A stretch of 64,000 bases of DNA from Thalia democratica (lineage: Eukaryota). The notes beneath the pieces were generated by a model that was not told the DNA's origin, searched no databases, and saw only the letters and a program-made list of their open reading frames with translations. How positions within the stretch are numbered: position 1 is the first letter of the stretch; each line of letters opens with the position of its first letter. This document shows positions 40,593-54,450 of the stretch, one piece after another. The DNA is taken from positions 57,164,001 to 57,228,000 of the forward strand of contig OZ241831.1 in assembly GCA_965202585.1 (NCBI GenBank), given 5' to 3'. The position numbers were made by a program, and so were the translations under genes.

Positions 40593-40955
40593 CAGGGTGC
40601 CCACTAAACCTGGAATTCTAGAAAAAAAAGGAATTTGAAAATTTAAGCTAAAATTTCATAAAATTTTGGACAAAAATCACTAAAAAACCTGAAATTAAAA
40701 CAATTTTTACATTTTAAGTATTAAAGTTTTTATTTGGCACAAAAGTTTTTTTAAAAAATGGAAATTTTTTGTCATCATCAAAAATTTTTTCAATTTAAAA
40801 ACACAATTAAAGTAGCTTTACAGTATCTAAACAATGTATTTAACCACTCAAATCAGTTTTTTTCCCTTAAACTTACCTTTTAACTAAAAATAAACTCAAA
40901 AACGTGTACTTTCAAAAACCTGGAAGAGACTTCTAAATAAACAGTGGCCACCCTG
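40593..40955 (+). mobile_element. MITE family A copy 2 (CAGGGTGCCCAC...GTGGCCACCCTG), intron 12
   Basis: 12-bp TIR with 1 mismatch; shared internal ttttttgtcatcatcaaaaattttt and tactttcaaaaacctggaagag. Confidence 0.8.
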
Positions 40956-41176
40956 TACAGCTCACTTTGAGACACAATAAACAAGTTTGTGACGTTCTAA
41001 TCACAACCCCTCCAATTATACAGGTACCGGGAGCAATCAAGATTAATAATTTCCTTAACATTATCTTTAAATTACTGGTTCAGCCTAATTCTGTTATCAC
41101 AACCTAATAGCAATTTGTAATCATATTTATATAAGTATATATGTAATACAATACAGTATGTTTCAACCCCACACAG

Positions 41177-41356
41177 GTGCCGGGAGCGATCAAGAAGTGC
41201 CAGCGGGCGGGGATCACGGTGCGGATGGTGACGGGGGACAACGTGAACACGGCGCGGAGCATCGCGGCAAAGTGCGGGATCATTGAGCCACACAAGGACA
41301 TGCTCGTGCTCGACGGCAAGGAGTTCAACAGGAGGATCAGAAACAGCAAGGGGGAG
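41177..41356 (+). CDS. ATP2B: PMCA exon 13 ([30 protein letters not shown]...RIRNSKGE)
   Basis: cacacag / GAG|gtaaaa, 180 nt; TGDN motif. Confidence 0.96.
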
Positions 41357-43615
41357 GTAAAACTTGGTTGTTTTGTTAGTATATTGAGGTTTATAAGGTT
41401 TACATTTAAGTTAGTCTATATCTGGAGGGTCAGGAATAGTAAGGGGGATGTAGGTGGTTTATATAGTAGTTTATGGAGATAGAATTTTGTAGTTAAATTA
41501 GTCTATTTTAAGTAAAAAGAAGTAATAGTCAATAGGGGAGGTAAAACTTGGTTGCTTTGTAGTTTTGTTAGTATATGGTAGTTTACATAGTTTATAGTTA
41601 AGTTGGTCTATACCTAGAGGGTCAGGAATAGTAATGGATGTCGGTAGTTGTTGGATTGATTTAGTTTAGTTTATAAGCAATGACATTTTCAATTAATGTT
41701 AATATATGATCAGGAGGTTGGCGGTTGTTGGATGTTTTTATTTATTTATGTAGTATGTTTAAATTTGAAAGTGTTCAAAAAATTCAATTCTAAGTAAGCT
41801 GAGTTACGCTATGTATATCTAACATTTTTGTTTCATTCTTAAAAAAATTTACTCCTACGTTTATTAAAAGTCGAAGTGATGACTCTTCAACAAAGTCTGC
41901 CGACAATATACACGTTGAGAGTTACCAGGTAAAAGTAGTTCACAAGTATTTGATTTTTTTTGCAAAAAAGACTTAATGTCAGTTATTAATTTGAAATACT
42001 TTCAAGTTCTTAAGCCATAACGTCATGTATAGTTCAACAGATAGCAAAAATTAATTGCAACACGATTTCAAAACACGTTTGCAAAGTTTAATTCTAAAAC
42101 ACATTTAAAAAGTTTCGTGTTTATTAGGTAAAAAAATCTAAAACTAAGTTAGATCAAACGAAATGTAAGTTTAACTGCATCTTAAAGCAGTTGTTAAAAA
42201 CAACGGCAAATTATTAGTGAGAATTTTATTTACAGTCGTTTTAAAATGTGTACTCTTGCAGAAAAACTAAACATCATCATGAATAGTTGCAGCATGTAAG
42301 TTTAAAACTAAGTGTGTCATGCAGCAGCTACATACACACATGTATAAATATATATATAAATTATATAAATATATATAAACATATATATATGTTTATTTAT
42401 TCATGGTTTTTTAAAAAGTGCTCGACAAGTAAAATTCGAGCTAAATATTTGATTACACAGTAAAAAAATGTTTAGTAAACTAAAGCTTTACTGAGAATTA
42501 TATGAGAAGTACCTCATATATGAAACAGCTGTATGAAACTGCAGTCTATTATTTAGTTTAATATATATGTACATGAAATTATATTTTAATGTATTATATA
42601 AATTGTGTTCAACAGTTTATCATACTAAATTTAATACAAACTTGTAATTCAAAACAACTTACATGTATTGTACACTCCAGAATAGATGTGTGAACAATTG
42701 CGCAAGAACAGTATGTTTAAAAACACTTGTAGAATAAACAAACAACATATACTATATACAGCGCACAGCAGCAGAATGTATCGATTTGCGTCAGTTGCGT
42801 TCTTACAACGTCTGTTACGTCATAATTGATAAAGTGGCTGAACTTCTTTGTAGCCACTATATTCTTCCTTTTATGTTGATGTTTTGCTGTGTTTTGTGTC
42901 AGCGCGCCTGTTATTATTTGTTAAAAAAGTTTGTTTATAAAAATGTGCGTTTGTTTTTTTTTTTGTTCTTTTTAATCTCAATACACCTTTTTTAATTTTA
43001 AACAAACCAAACTATTTTAAGTCGCTGAAATAGGAAATGGCATGCTAAAACTAGGTTAAAAAATATTATTTAATCTTTTATTCTACTCATCTGTGGTAAA
43101 AAATTTTAGCATGGGTGTTTTATTAGGGCGCACATGTTTAATCTTTTCATTCACCACTTTTGTATTGCCGAATTATTTTTAATGTGGTGAATTATGTGAA
43201 AATCTTTTGTAATCCGCGCACAATTGCATTGTTGAGTTGTGGCAATAGCTGAATGGTTTACTTAGCACCGGATTATGACAACTTTTTCAATAAATAAAAG
43301 GCCTAACTTGACATTGCTAAGGCATTGTACAGTATAATGAAAATACGGTTTTAGTAAAGTTTTTTTCTCATCTCAAATTCGTTAAAAATACTTAAAACTT
43401 TAGTAGAGAAATTTGTACTTTTATTAAACTTTCACCAGTCAGTAATACTTTATACATTGAAATGACACAACATTACCATGTTAAAAAAATGTGTATCACA
43501 GAAAGAACAAGGTTAGTATAATAAAACTAAATTAAAACTAACTTAATATATACAACTTTGTATTGATGTGATATGATAATAAAAAATACATCGAATAAAA
43601 CAAATTGCTCAACAG

Positions 43616-43810
43616 ATCGAGCAACGTCGCATCGACGAGATATGGCCGAGGTTGCGGGTGCTGGCGCGCAGTTCGCCCACCGACAAGCACACTTTAGTGA
43701 AAGGTATTATTGACAGCGAGATCAACACCAAGAGAGAAGTGGTGGCAGTGACGGGCGACGGTACCAACGACGGGCCCGCGCTGAAGAAGGCAGATATCGG
43801 CTTTGCTATG
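43616..43810 (+). CDS. ATP2B: PMCA exon 14 ([24 protein letters not shown]...[23 protein letters not shown])
   Basis: ctcaacag / ATG|gtgagt, 195 nt; GDGTND motif. Confidence 0.96.
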
Positions 43811-46025
43811 GTGAGTGCTTTAAATAATGTAAAAGACGAAGACGGTTGTTTAGTTGTGGTGGATTTGTTTAATATTGAGTTGGTTTCTTTCTTAGTGATA
43901 AAGTTTGTAAGAGTGGTGTAAGTAAAAAAAAATTAAGTAAGGTATATATGAAAAAATATTTAGTTTTTATTGTTTTACAAAACTACATGTTATTCGGTAG
44001 TTTTGAAATAAGCCGTTACAAAAACTTTCAAAGGTATCTGTGTACAGTATAAATATGGCTCATACCACTAAAAGTATAATACTGTTACTTTCCAAAGCCA
44101 ACTGTTTACTAAACGTCAAAGTAAATTTAATAAAAAAATGCATTAGTTTAGGTAAAAGTATATGTAATTTAGCTATAAATAAGTTAAAAATATTTTTAAC
44201 TTATTTATAGCTAGTTTACATTTACTTGAATTAATGCATTTTTCTGAAAAAAATTATGGATGTTTTGTAAATAGCAGACTTTGAAAAGTTTTTTTAAGTA
44301 GATGTTATGTTTAAGTTGTTGTAGAATAAATGTTTGTTTAAAAAAACAACTGTTTAAAAAACATGTTTAGAATTATGGGTATTTTTAGGTGTTAGATAAA
44401 AGCATTTTTGGAACGAATTTGAAAAAGGGTGTTTGATTGACAAACTTAAAACGAAAAACGGGAGATTTTGAAATATTTGCATATCATGGTGTAATTTTTT
44501 ATATTTTTTTCTGGAAATTTGTTGTTGAAATAAATTTCAAATTCAATTAAAGGGTTTTTCGTACAACAACTAGAAATTTAATATATGCAATAAAAAAACT
44601 TAATCTAATATTAACAACCGTATAAAGTTAAATGACAAGTGAAAGGAAATTTTGAAACTTATTAGCATATAAAATGACGTGTTTAGAACTTGAATATTTT
44701 GTTATATTACCTAAAAAGTTTATAATAGAAATGTATATTTTTAAAAAATGACAAAAAAAAACTAAAATGATAGTTGGTACTTTGTGTAAGGATGTTTGTA
44801 ATGTAAGTAAGTTTTCATTTGGTTGTATTTTATTCAAATGCAGCTGAAAATTTTATGTCTCCTCAAAATTGAACTGGTTTAAAAAAGAGCTTGGTTAAAA
44901 ATCACAGTAAAAATATTTTTTAAACATCGCAATAATTTAGAATATTGCAATTTTTATCCATTTTAGCAGCTAATTTCGAAATAATATAATAGTAATAAAC
45001 TCTCAATTTGGAAATGTCAGAATCACAAATCCATGCTCCATTGTCAAACGAACACGGAATTTCGCGACAAAGTACACAAAAGTTTTCCACACACAGTGAG
45101 TGAGGTGTTACATGTAACTACGCTGCAGTGTTTCACCAGTGAATTATTCATAATGCTGTGTTGAAACGTTGCGAAAAGTTTTGAGAGTTTTTGTACTTCA
45201 GCGGGCCTCATTACTTCTAATCACTGCTAATAAGGCTTTTCCTGTTTTGTGAAAAGTTTTAAAATGTTAAGTAATGATCAGAAAATATTAGCGAGTTAGA
45301 TACTTTTATGATGTTTATATATTTTTATTTTTCAATTAAGCACGTAGGTATTAATTATATTTGTTAATTTTAAGTTTATGCAAAAATTAATCTCAATAGT
45401 TGGTTGTGTATATTTTATTTCATGCATTAAATTATAATAATCAGCAAAAACAAACATATGTTAATGAACTCAATATTTATCATAATAATTTACGTCATTA
45501 AGTAAACCGTGCAACTAATTGATAAATTTGTTTGTTCTTTTATTTGCTTTTTGATAAGTTGTTTACACACCTAATTTATTTTATTTATAATACAAAGTCT
45601 AGTCTGGTATAAACGGGTGCATTTCAAAAAAATTTAGATATTTGCAAAAATTATATTTTTGTATAAAATATAAAATCAGGAAGAGCAAAAATAAATGTAT
45701 AATAACCATGTGATCAATAAGAAAATAATTGAAAACAAAAATTTTCTAACGGAATATTTTTTTATTAAATTCAACTAAGAAATACATTTTAAAATATCAT
45801 TTTAAGTTTCAAATTTATTAAAAAAAAAAAAACAATTAAGAGTATATAGAACTAGTAACTCTGCCTACTTAACTTATTAAAAAGTATAAATAAACTTTAT
45901 CCGCTAATAATAACTCTCAACAGGGAACAGCGGGAACGGATGTTGGTGATAAATTTTAAAGCTAGTTACTTTTATTTTACACTTTTTAAGTAGCTGGGCG
46001 AATTCTATAAAAGCTACCTACATAA

Positions 46026-46259
<234 letters not shown>

Positions 46260-47820
46260 TGATCGGAAAAATTTTGGTTTAAAAATAATTTTGTTAAATG
46301 TAAATTAAGTATATAAAAATCTATTAAAAATAGTTTTTAAATTATCAAAAAATAGCAAAAAACAACAAAATTACCTTCATAAATTGTCGGTTCGTCAGGG
46401 TCGGTTGATCGGAAAAAAATAATTTTTTGATTTGATTTTAATTGAAAGAAATTTTAAAAAGTATAAGTTTATTTTGTAGCATTGTTTTTTACTAAACTAA
46501 CCAAACTAAAGAACATCAAAAATAGCAAAAAACAATAAAATAAGTTTCATATATTATATAGCAGTTTTAAAATAATTTTTAGACTGAATTAAAGTAATGA
46601 CCTGGTAAATATCAAATGTTTCAAAGTAAAAAGATTGCAAATTGATAATAGAAAATTTATTTTTTTGTGAAAAAAACATTACTTGATCTAAAGTTCAGCT
46701 GATTTTTAGATAAAGTAAACTAAAAAATTTTCCCATTTCCTTGTTTGTTTTTCCACCAAATAACTCAACAAAAACATCAAAAAAAAGTCGTAAATATTAA
46801 ATTGTTGCAGCAATAGCCGGTTTCTATAAATAGAATTTGTATTTACACAATAATAAAGCACCTACGTCAATTGAAAGCAAATAAACATGAATTCACAATC
46901 AATAAGTGATTTCAGCATTTAGGGATTTTTCTAAATACGTTGCACTTTTGTACACTGCGGTATCATTTGAAAAATAAAATTTTAAAAGTTTTGTGCATTG
47001 TTTTGTTTAGCATGAGTTATAAAGTAAAATCGATCTATTCACTTTAAATCGACCGTTTATTTGTAGGAGTTTGCTGAAGTTCACATGTTTTATACACTTA
47101 TACACAGCAAAAATAAAACTTAAATGAGTTTATGTAATAAATTTATTCTTTCAAAAATTTATTTTACAAACTAAGTTTCGGTCAAAGACCTCGTCAGTGC
47201 TTAAATAAATCTAAAAAAAGATATGTGACAGTCATGGAAAATAGCATTTAAACAATTAAATTAATGAGTTTATGTAAATGAACTTTAAACTACACGGTAC
47301 TAAAAAATAGAAATCAAAAATTTTTTTTAACATTAAGGACAATTTTTCTATTTATCTCATCAGATTTTCAGGGCATCTTATCGAATTTTATCTGTTATTT
47401 TTGTACAACTTTTCACTGTTTATTTTTATCTATTAAACTTATCAAATTCGGTTCGTTGCGGTCCAAAACTTGTTTGATAAAAGTTTGTTTTTATTAGGTG
47501 TAAAGGTTGGAACTTTTATAATTTGTTGATTGGAAAGTTTAAAACTAGCTCAAAATTTAACTTGAACTGTTGTTGTATGACTTAGTTTACAAATGCTACA
47601 AATACTATTTATATACTAAATTAAAACATAGATTTATAAAGTCCAAGCCTTCAATTTTACCTTTAAAACATTAGTTTATCTATTTTTTTGTTAATATTAT
47701 AGTATTAGTAGATTTAAAATGAAAAATTTTATGTCGAACACGTATTTACATACATTTAATTACATAATACAATTTTTTAAATAAGTTTTATTTATTTAGT
47801 TTATTCCGCAAAATCCAAAT

Positions 47821-47935
47821 ATATTTCACACTATTTTCATTAGTAGATACATAGCAAAAATCTATGTCACTATATAAGTTAAATTTAACATTTGCTTATT
47901 GCTATGTATCCACTGATGAAAATAGCTTGAAATAT
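47821..47935. repeat. Inverted repeat, about 37-bp arms with 41-nt loop; a third arm copy near 48180-48210
   Basis: tattttcattagtagatacatagcaa vs reverse complement of ttgctatgtatccactgatgaaaata, 24/26 identical. Confidence 0.75.
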
Positions 47936-48399
47936 ACCTGTATTTTTTCAAAAAAAGTATAACTTATTTATAAAAATTGTACTGTGTAACTAAATGTATG
48001 TAAATATATAAGTAAAAAAGTATTTTATTTCTGCAAAACATCTTATACTTTAAATCTATTTTCAATTGAATAATATAAAAAAAATATAACTAAAGTTTTA
48101 AAACGAAATTTGATGACCTAGACTTAATAAGTTTATGTTATAAATTATATTGTGTATAATCTATCTATTATATTTATGTTTGATGAAAACAGTGTGAAAT
48201 ATACCTGAATTTTAACTAAATAATAAAAATGATGATCAAAAAATAAATTTATGCGGTTTTTAACACAACTTCAAAAGCCACCAAACCAAACAAAATGACC
48301 TAACTAAAGTTAACTGTCAATAAAAGAGTGTCATTAATAAATTATTGACGGTCATTATAAATGCAAGGGGTTCAAAGGATTAAGTGCTTTTTAATGGGA

Positions 48400-48501
48400 A
48401 AGTCTTTATTGTTTTAAATAAATTCAAATGAGCAAATCTTTATTGTTTAAATGAATTCAAATGAACAAGTCTTTGTTGTTTTTAATAAATTTTCAAAGAA
48501 C
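48400..48501. repeat. Tandem repeat, about 34-bp unit x3 (aagtctttattgttttaaataaattcaaatgagc)
   Basis: Three diverged adjacent units. Confidence 0.8.
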
Positions 48502-49326
48502 ACAATGAAAATATTATATTGGAATTAATTTGATTCTGCAGTTAAAAAAGCTTTTTTTATTTTAAATTGATTTAATTGTTTTTTTAAATAGTGCAGAGGT
48601 TATTCTTATTTTAGTTTATTTCGAAGTAAACATTTTAAAACTTATTTATTTATATTAAAAACAAAAACAAATAAATCAATCTAACTTTCACCTACATCAG
48701 CAAATGTGTCGAAAGCATTAGAAGTTGTTTATATCCTTTAAAAACAAAAAAGACTATATATAAGTGAATATTTTTCTTCAATCTTGATGTGTTTTATAAT
48801 ATATAATATCTTATAACTAAATATTAATTAAGCATCAAAAAAACTTTTTAAACTTTCAAACAAAACCGTGAAAAATCGAAATGAATTACAAAAATAAATA
48901 AACAGTTTACAAAGAAAGCAAAACGACAAACACAATTAAAAAAGCAATTTGTTTGTTTATTTTAAGTTATGAGTTTTTAGAATGTATACAAGTAAATTTA
49001 AACTTAAATAGTTAAAATTATTAAATAAATTCACCGCTTTTGTCCACTAAAAGTAAATTAGTTATGGTAGTGTAGAATTTTTTACAAATTCTGTCAAAAT
49101 AAACAAACCACCACTCTTAAGGACAGTCCACTGTAATTAGTTATAATTTAAAAACATATAAGTATAAATTATTTGATATTTTAACATTTCAGGAGTTTTT
49201 ATCATAAAGGTATGTAAAGATATTAAATCTACAACAAGTTCATCCAAATTGCCCAACCAATCTCTGACAGGACAGATTGCTTATGATAAGTTCAAAAATG
49301 ATATTTTATACATGTTGGCTCAACAG

Positions 49327-49540
49327 GACAGTCCACTGAAAGCGGTCCAGATGTTGTGGGTGAACCTGATCATGGACACCTTCGCCTCCCTCGCCCTGGC
49401 AACCGAGCAGCCCACCGAGGAGCTGTTGCTAAGGAAACCGTACGGGAGGAACAAGGCGTTGATAAGCAGGACCATGGCCAAGAACATACTGGGTCACGCT
49501 GTGTACCAACTGATTGTCATATTCGTCCTTCTGTTTGCTG
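49327..49540 (+). CDS. ATP2B: PMCA exon 16 ([27 protein letters not shown]; M6-M7)
   Basis: ctcaacag / G|gtttgt, 214 nt. Confidence 0.96.
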
Positions 49541-52500
49541 GTTTGTTTTTTATTTTGATTGTTATTTAAATAACTCTTTTGATTTAACATTCTACTTTAA
49601 TATTCTTTTAATTAAGATAGTTACAATTTGTAAAAAGTATCATCAAAAACGATTTTTTAATAGTTACTATTTATTTAGTTAATTAATTACAGTGCATAAA
49701 AATATCATGGGAAATAATATAGTAGTTTATGTTGTGTTTCTGCAAGTATTGAATTAATTAAAACAGTAAACAATGTTGTTTTGAAGATTTTTATTTGTTT
49801 GTTTTCAAAACAGGAAACAAAAACTTAATCAGATCAACTTTGATAATAGTGTTATGTTAGAGCACAAAAAAAAAGTTTTTCAGTTGAATCCAACGTAGAA
49901 TTTTACGTTTTACTTGTATTTTTAATAAAACTGAAGTTTGATAGATTGGAAAATACACATGCATTGTATAACAATTGCACATCCAACAATTTTTTTTTAA
50001 TTGACAACTTTATTTAGCTGATAGTTTTATTAAAACAAGCAATTATAAGCACGGCTTTTACTTAGCATCGATTTTATTTTTACCTTAAGTGAATTTACTG
50101 AAAATCCTTTCAAAGAAAAATATTTCGAATGTTAACCAAGTTTCATGCAAGTAAAAAAAATGAAGATAAAAAAAACTGCGGCTGCAGTCATAATAAGAAG
50201 AAAAATAAAAAGTTTCCAATCTCGGGCATGCGAAAACTTTGAAACTTTTATTTTAATTAGCGTGTTTCAGAGGAAAACGCGAAAAGGGGAAAAATTACAG
50301 CGCGGCTCTGAGAGGGTGGTCGATAAAAACAAAATGCAAAAGTTCAATTCCATTTACCTGTGTGCGCGCACAAAGTTTTTATCGAAAAGTCGGAAGGTTT
50401 ATGGAAAAAGTTATGAAAGCTTTTTTCGCTCTAATGTGTGGAAAACAACGCAGTGAGATTCGAGTTTTGCGAAGTTTTGAAACTGAAAGGTTGTACGGAT
50501 CAACTGCTATCTGAGGTCGCTTTTGTTCTTTTCATTTTTCACAGTCGGCATTTACTTTTTGAATTGTTGTGAATTTTTTAGTGTTGTAAGAAATTTAAGT
50601 GTTTTATAACCGAAACGGTTTGTTGCTTTTTTTTTTGAAAATCATTGGAGTAAATTTACTAAAAGGAAATTTAGCATCAATTAAAGCCACGACTTGCTTA
50701 ATTTATTTTGTACAAAGTCATAAAAGTAGGTACTGCTTTAAACTAAGATTTAAAAACAAGTTTTGTTTGTTTCTTGGTCATATATCTGATCAAAAGTTGT
50801 TTATATGCCCCGTATAACTTAATAATTCAAACTATTAAGTTTTTTCTTTTAATATCAATACAAGTATATATATATATATACCTTTTCTACTTTCAGTGTT
50901 TCCAGTTATACACAGTAACACTGTAATTACATTTGAGTCGCTTTTAAAAGCCCGAAAGTTGATTTGTAAGCAAACAGACACGTACCCGCCCCATATGGCT
51001 TTATATTTAATATAAATCAATATTGCCTGAAACAAAAAGCGCTAAAATAGGAAAAAGTTTTCACAGTTGCAGTTTATAAGTAAAGTTTACGGCGAAACTG
51101 GTTTTTGGCCATTTAACCGTGTTTAATGTAGCTTTTCATTCTCCGTTTAGTGGCAAAACTTTAAATGTAACTCTGATCGCAGGTTGAATAATTTGTTGCT
51201 TTGTTGTAAATAAATAATTAAATAAAACAAACTTGTGATTACATTTAGCACCGAGATGATTTTTTTTCTTTTGAAAATACTTATTTATTGACTAAAGTGT
51301 TTTGATGTGAATTTATCAAATGTATTTTGTTTGTTTCCGCATAGTTTAAAAGTTTGTTATTTGAATGTAAACTCAAGTTACACCTTTTTGTTTTATATAA
51401 ATTGTTTCAAAACTTTCATATTCGTGGTGCAATATCTAATGTTTGGTGTGACATTAAATGCGACATTTCAACTGTAAACAAAAGTTCTTTGACAGTTTTC
51501 CAAGTTATTTTATCTTGTTCGTACTAGAAACTGCAGTTTTTTGTTAAATGCAAAATATAACCAAGCAGTTTAATGACTATTTTATGAAGCTGTTGTTTTT
51601 TTTAATGTCTGATAAGTTATATTTTTTCTAAGTTTAGCAAAGTGTATCTTTTATCTATGTTAAAAACAATTGTTAAGTTTGTTTGTATCTGTTTTGAGAC
51701 ACTAACAGCAATTTCACAATGAAAAAAAAATCAAACAAAACTGTTTCCAACGTTTTTAAATTTAAAAGTTGAAACTTCAAGCGGTATTACCGAGTTTAGC
51801 TGGGATTTCACCACGCTTACCATGAAATATTAATTAGTTGTCAAAAAACTTTTTAAGAACTTTACAAAAACCCGCAGCTTTCTCATGCCGATTTGCAAAA
51901 TTTAAACTCTGCTCATATTTGTTTTAAATCATCGTTTTTCCAAACAAGTTTCTTGCTTATCTTTCAAACTGACTTTTCCGAAAACTTTCAGTTGATAATT
52001 TTTATTGATTTGCCGCTAAAGCATTGTGACGCGACAGATAATCCGCGATGGCCACTTAAACTCGTCGTCCGAAAACACCAAGTTTTCATTTTCGCTTTGA
52101 ACGTCAGCTAACTTTGAATTGGTTGTCAAAAGTGACAAATTTGTAGTTGTTAAAACAAAATTTTAGTTTGTGTTGATTTTTTCTTTCTATATTTGTTTGA
52201 AGTCTCAAGTTTGTTGATTATTAACGTTATTTATGGGATGCAAAAATTTTCCTCCAAAAGCTAGTATATATCTCTAATAATAAGTTGCTATAACTCACCA
52301 AATTGTATTTAAAAACCAGAGGTTTTTGGTTGCTGTAAAAAGCTGAAATCGAAAATTCGACAGAGAAATAAAAAATATTCCATAAATTCACGTATTCGAG
52401 CAAAAATTTAATTTGAAGAAAATCATGAAAACTCAACTTTTACAGCCACCGCAAAGTGGTGAAACAAAAAGTTTCCAAATATTTTCAACATATGCTGCGA

Positions 52501-54205
52501 GTTTATTGATTTTACCGTGGCATTTGCGTCGCTACGGTTTCATATGAAGTTTTATGAATACTGGAGAAAACGTGAAACAACGTTACTTTGTGTTAGAAGG
52601 TACGTTGCAACGCTGTAAACATCTGGGAATTTGCAAGAATCTAATCTTCCGAATCATCAGAAAAAGCTAATATCAAAGAATATAAAAAAGTACTTTTGGA
52701 TGTGTAATTGAAGCAGAAATGTAAAAACTGTTTTAATTACGAATGTAGTTTTACTGAAGTGAGGAAAAATCTTACAAATTAAAGTTAAAGAAGTCAATCT
52801 TTTTCAACATAAATTTTTCTTGTTCAAAAAAATTTGACCAGGCTACGTTTTTGTGCGTCGTACCGAATTGTCCTGCATAAAAGAAAGAAAAGCCCAAATT
52901 TGTTTGTTTCGTCATTTCAATTTATGACGTCACAGCAGCGTACGCAAAAGCTGGTGCTTTGTGACGTCATAATTCGACGCATCCTTGGGATCGGCTTTTT
53001 TCAAAGTTCAAACGGAAATTTTCTGTATCGTAAACAAGCACACAAATGTTAAGTCTCACTGTGAATGCCACTTTTTGTTTTCTTATTTACTAAAAAATTA
53101 GCGCGTGAAAGTTCAATGTTAAAAGCTTAAATAGCTGTGAATCGGCTGTTTGGTGGCCAGACACCTGATTACAAATATAAACGTCATTCAAGATGTAACC
53201 TACAAAAACGATTGATGATGATCAAAATTTGAATGCAGAAAACCACTTGATATTTTTTATTTGCAGCCCTTTCTATGATTTTTTTGCAGGAAAGATAAGT
53301 ATTTGATGCTTTCAACATTTTGTAGTGATTCAGGACGCATGGTTATAACCGAATTTTCAATTGAAACAATAAAACTGAGATAAATATATTTTTTACATAA
53401 AACAACAGGAAAATGTGTTCGAGAATTTTTATGCGTTGCGCCATGCAATAATCTCATCAATGTTTTTACGTTGCATTGATTTTCCGACTACACTGCGTAT
53501 GAAGCAAAACACAAAAAGTTACTTTATTCAGCCTTTTTTGAAATAAAAAACGAATTTCTTTTGATGTTTTTACTGAGGCCAGTAATGTTTTTAAAAGTAA
53601 GTGAAATTGTTATGTAAGTTTCGTTTAAATATACTCTCAACTCATTCGCTTGTGTTGGTTTGTAGTTGATCGTTGAACAGAATTAAACTACGAATTTTAT
53701 TCGAATTTTGATAAAAACAAATAAAAACCAATTTTGCCGTCAGTAACTTTTCAGCTATTTTTGTTTTTGAGGTTATTTTTAATGCGAACCTGCGCAGCAC
53801 AGTAGGATGTTGTTCATTTTTAGTAACATTTCTTCTAAAAATACTTTTAATGCCATTAAAAATCGAATTAACGACGGTGAATGCGCATGTTCAGAATAAA
53901 ACAGTTCCATTCTAAATGCCAATCGTTGAATCGCCTAATTTTATTTAAATAACAAAAATAATTTTTTGGCAGCTTTTTTTTAAGTTGCAATTAAAGTTAA
54001 ACAATTTATTTTTTTTGTACTGTTTATAGTCATTAACTTGTACTCGGTTTTTAACTTTGGGCTTCTGTTAAAAAAGTAACAAAAAACCTGCTGCTTATAT
54101 TTTTAGCCATGTAAATATTTTAAACCAAACAAATGAATTTTTTCTTATTTTTTATCATTTATTTAACCTAACATCTGCACTTAATTACTGAGTGTCAGTG
54201 CGTAT

Positions 54206-54450
54206 ATTCTTGAATGATTGTTAAATATATTCTTGAATAATTATAAAATTTATTCTTTTATAATTATAAAATGTATTTTTGAATATTTATAAAATAAATT
54301 CTTGAATAATTATGAAATATATTTTTGAATAATTATAAAATGTATTCTTGAATAATTATAAGATGTATTCTTAGATAATTATAAAATGTATTCTTGAATA
54401 ACTATAAAATGTATTCTTGGGTAATTGTAAAATGTATTCTTGGATAATTA
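54206..54450. repeat. Minisatellite, 23-bp unit TATTCTTGAATAATTATAAAATG, about 10-11 copies
   Basis: Periodicity read directly. Confidence 0.9.
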
